From: Rhodosorus marinus CCMP1338
Taxonomy: Eukaryota > Plantae > Rhodophyta
Assembly (NCBI GenBank): GCA_029953675.1
Contig: JAMWBK010000007.1
Coordinates: forward strand, 310,001-374,000
Reading direction: 5' to 3'
DNA: 64,000 bases
The notes below the pieces were generated by a model that had not been told where the DNA came from, did no database searches, and worked only from the letters and a program-made list of their open reading frames with translations. The translations under genes were made by a program, and so were the position numbers. Positions 63,061 through 64,000 of this stretch are shown here, in pieces (position 1 is the first letter of the stretch; the number at the start of each line of letters is the position of its first letter).

Positions 63061-64000
63061 CAAAAAAAAAAAATTCATTGTCCCAAATGCGACCAAAAAA
63101 AACAAAACAAAAAATCCCCCCGGCCTCTTCCAGAAAAACAAAACCAAAAATTAATCCGAATTGAAAATCCACGACCAGATGACCGAGAGATTTTTTTCTT
63201 CTATTAATTTAAAAAACGGCTTGCCTCGTCGTAAAAAGACTACCCTCATAAATAAAATAAAATAAACCATATTTCGATCATGGAGATCTATTTCTCACCT
63301 TTTACACCAATAAAAATCGTTGACTTGTTAATTTCTACTATAAAGAATTTTATTGGTGTAATCTAAAAAATACTCTCCAATAATAGAGTAGAGTTTGTGG
63401 TATTAGGCAATAAGCGCCTATATACCAATAGATCACTTATACGTACGTAATTAACAAAAATAGTCCAATAAATAATCTTAACACTTGTAAATAGTGTTTT
63501 GAAGGTATTATTATGATTATTATCCAATAAAATATGGAAATTTGATCTAAGTTACCAATCAGTGGATTCAACGGAAGGCAATTGGTATTGTTTTTTAATT
63601 TAGTTCTGGATTAAAAAAATGGTCTTATGAAAAAGGTCAATGGGTTTCGTGAGGGTTTTCGTGAAGTTCGGTGGGAAAAAGAGATCTTTCAGATCAGTAT
63701 ATATAGTTTGGAGAGGGAAGTGGAAGCTGGTGGGGAGGTGTGTGGGAGGTGACGGAGGGGGCTTGCGGGGTTGTAGAGGGAGGAAGGAGGGCATTGGTGA
63801 GGTGGATAAAGTGTTTGAGAGAAAGATGGACCTGTTGTAGGAGCTTTTTGGTGGATTAGTTATTGTTGGTGGGAGGTGGATGGTGGTTGTTGGTGGGGTG
63901 GTGCTCAGCCTTCTTCTCCGGGTGGAGATGTGGATGTGGGTCTTCTAGTGTTTGTTTTTTTTAACTTGTGGGGGGGGTTGCTACTAGGAGGGGTTGAGAA

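Noticed and set aside
63330-63339. AATTTCTACT, identical to the start of Cas12a CRISPR repeats
   Set aside because: It is a single 10-mer in AT-rich eukaryotic DNA, with no array, spacers or cas genes.

Overview
This window is nuclear DNA from a compact, intron-containing eukaryote, most likely a red alga. That assignment is inferred from Phe-early plastid transit-like N-termini, a cytosolic CBM20 glucan phosphatase, and short GT-AG introns with CTRAY branch points. About 18 protein genes can be supported by manual splicing: a CtpA-family S41 protease, a La-motif/RRM protein, SEY1/RHD3, an FBPase-like protein, a triple-CBM20 laforin-type phosphatase, LSM8, a HUWE1/UPL1-like ARM-UBA protein, a telobox Myb, an FH2 formin-like protein, MPC1, a SIL1/FES1-like factor, an NYN-like/C2H2 protein, a bacterial-type histidine phosphatase, DNAJC25, a ThiE/TenI-like protein and several hypotheticals. 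No tRNA, rRNA, CRISPR array or intact mobile element was recognised. The strongest leads are (1) a ~2,250-aa HUWE1/Tom1-like protein that stops before the HECT domain, (2) a La-domain protein with a plastid-type transit peptide and two xRRM-like domains, (3) an FBPase with substituted metal/catalytic residues upstream of the glucan phosphatase, (4) a ~109-bp degenerate repeat hidden in the laforin intron, (5) an intron-containing Firmicute-like phosphatase, (6) a 4x~211-bp array and (7) a six-hairpin candidate ncRNA. All homology calls rest on recalled motifs, not database searches, and exon boundaries are manual predictions.
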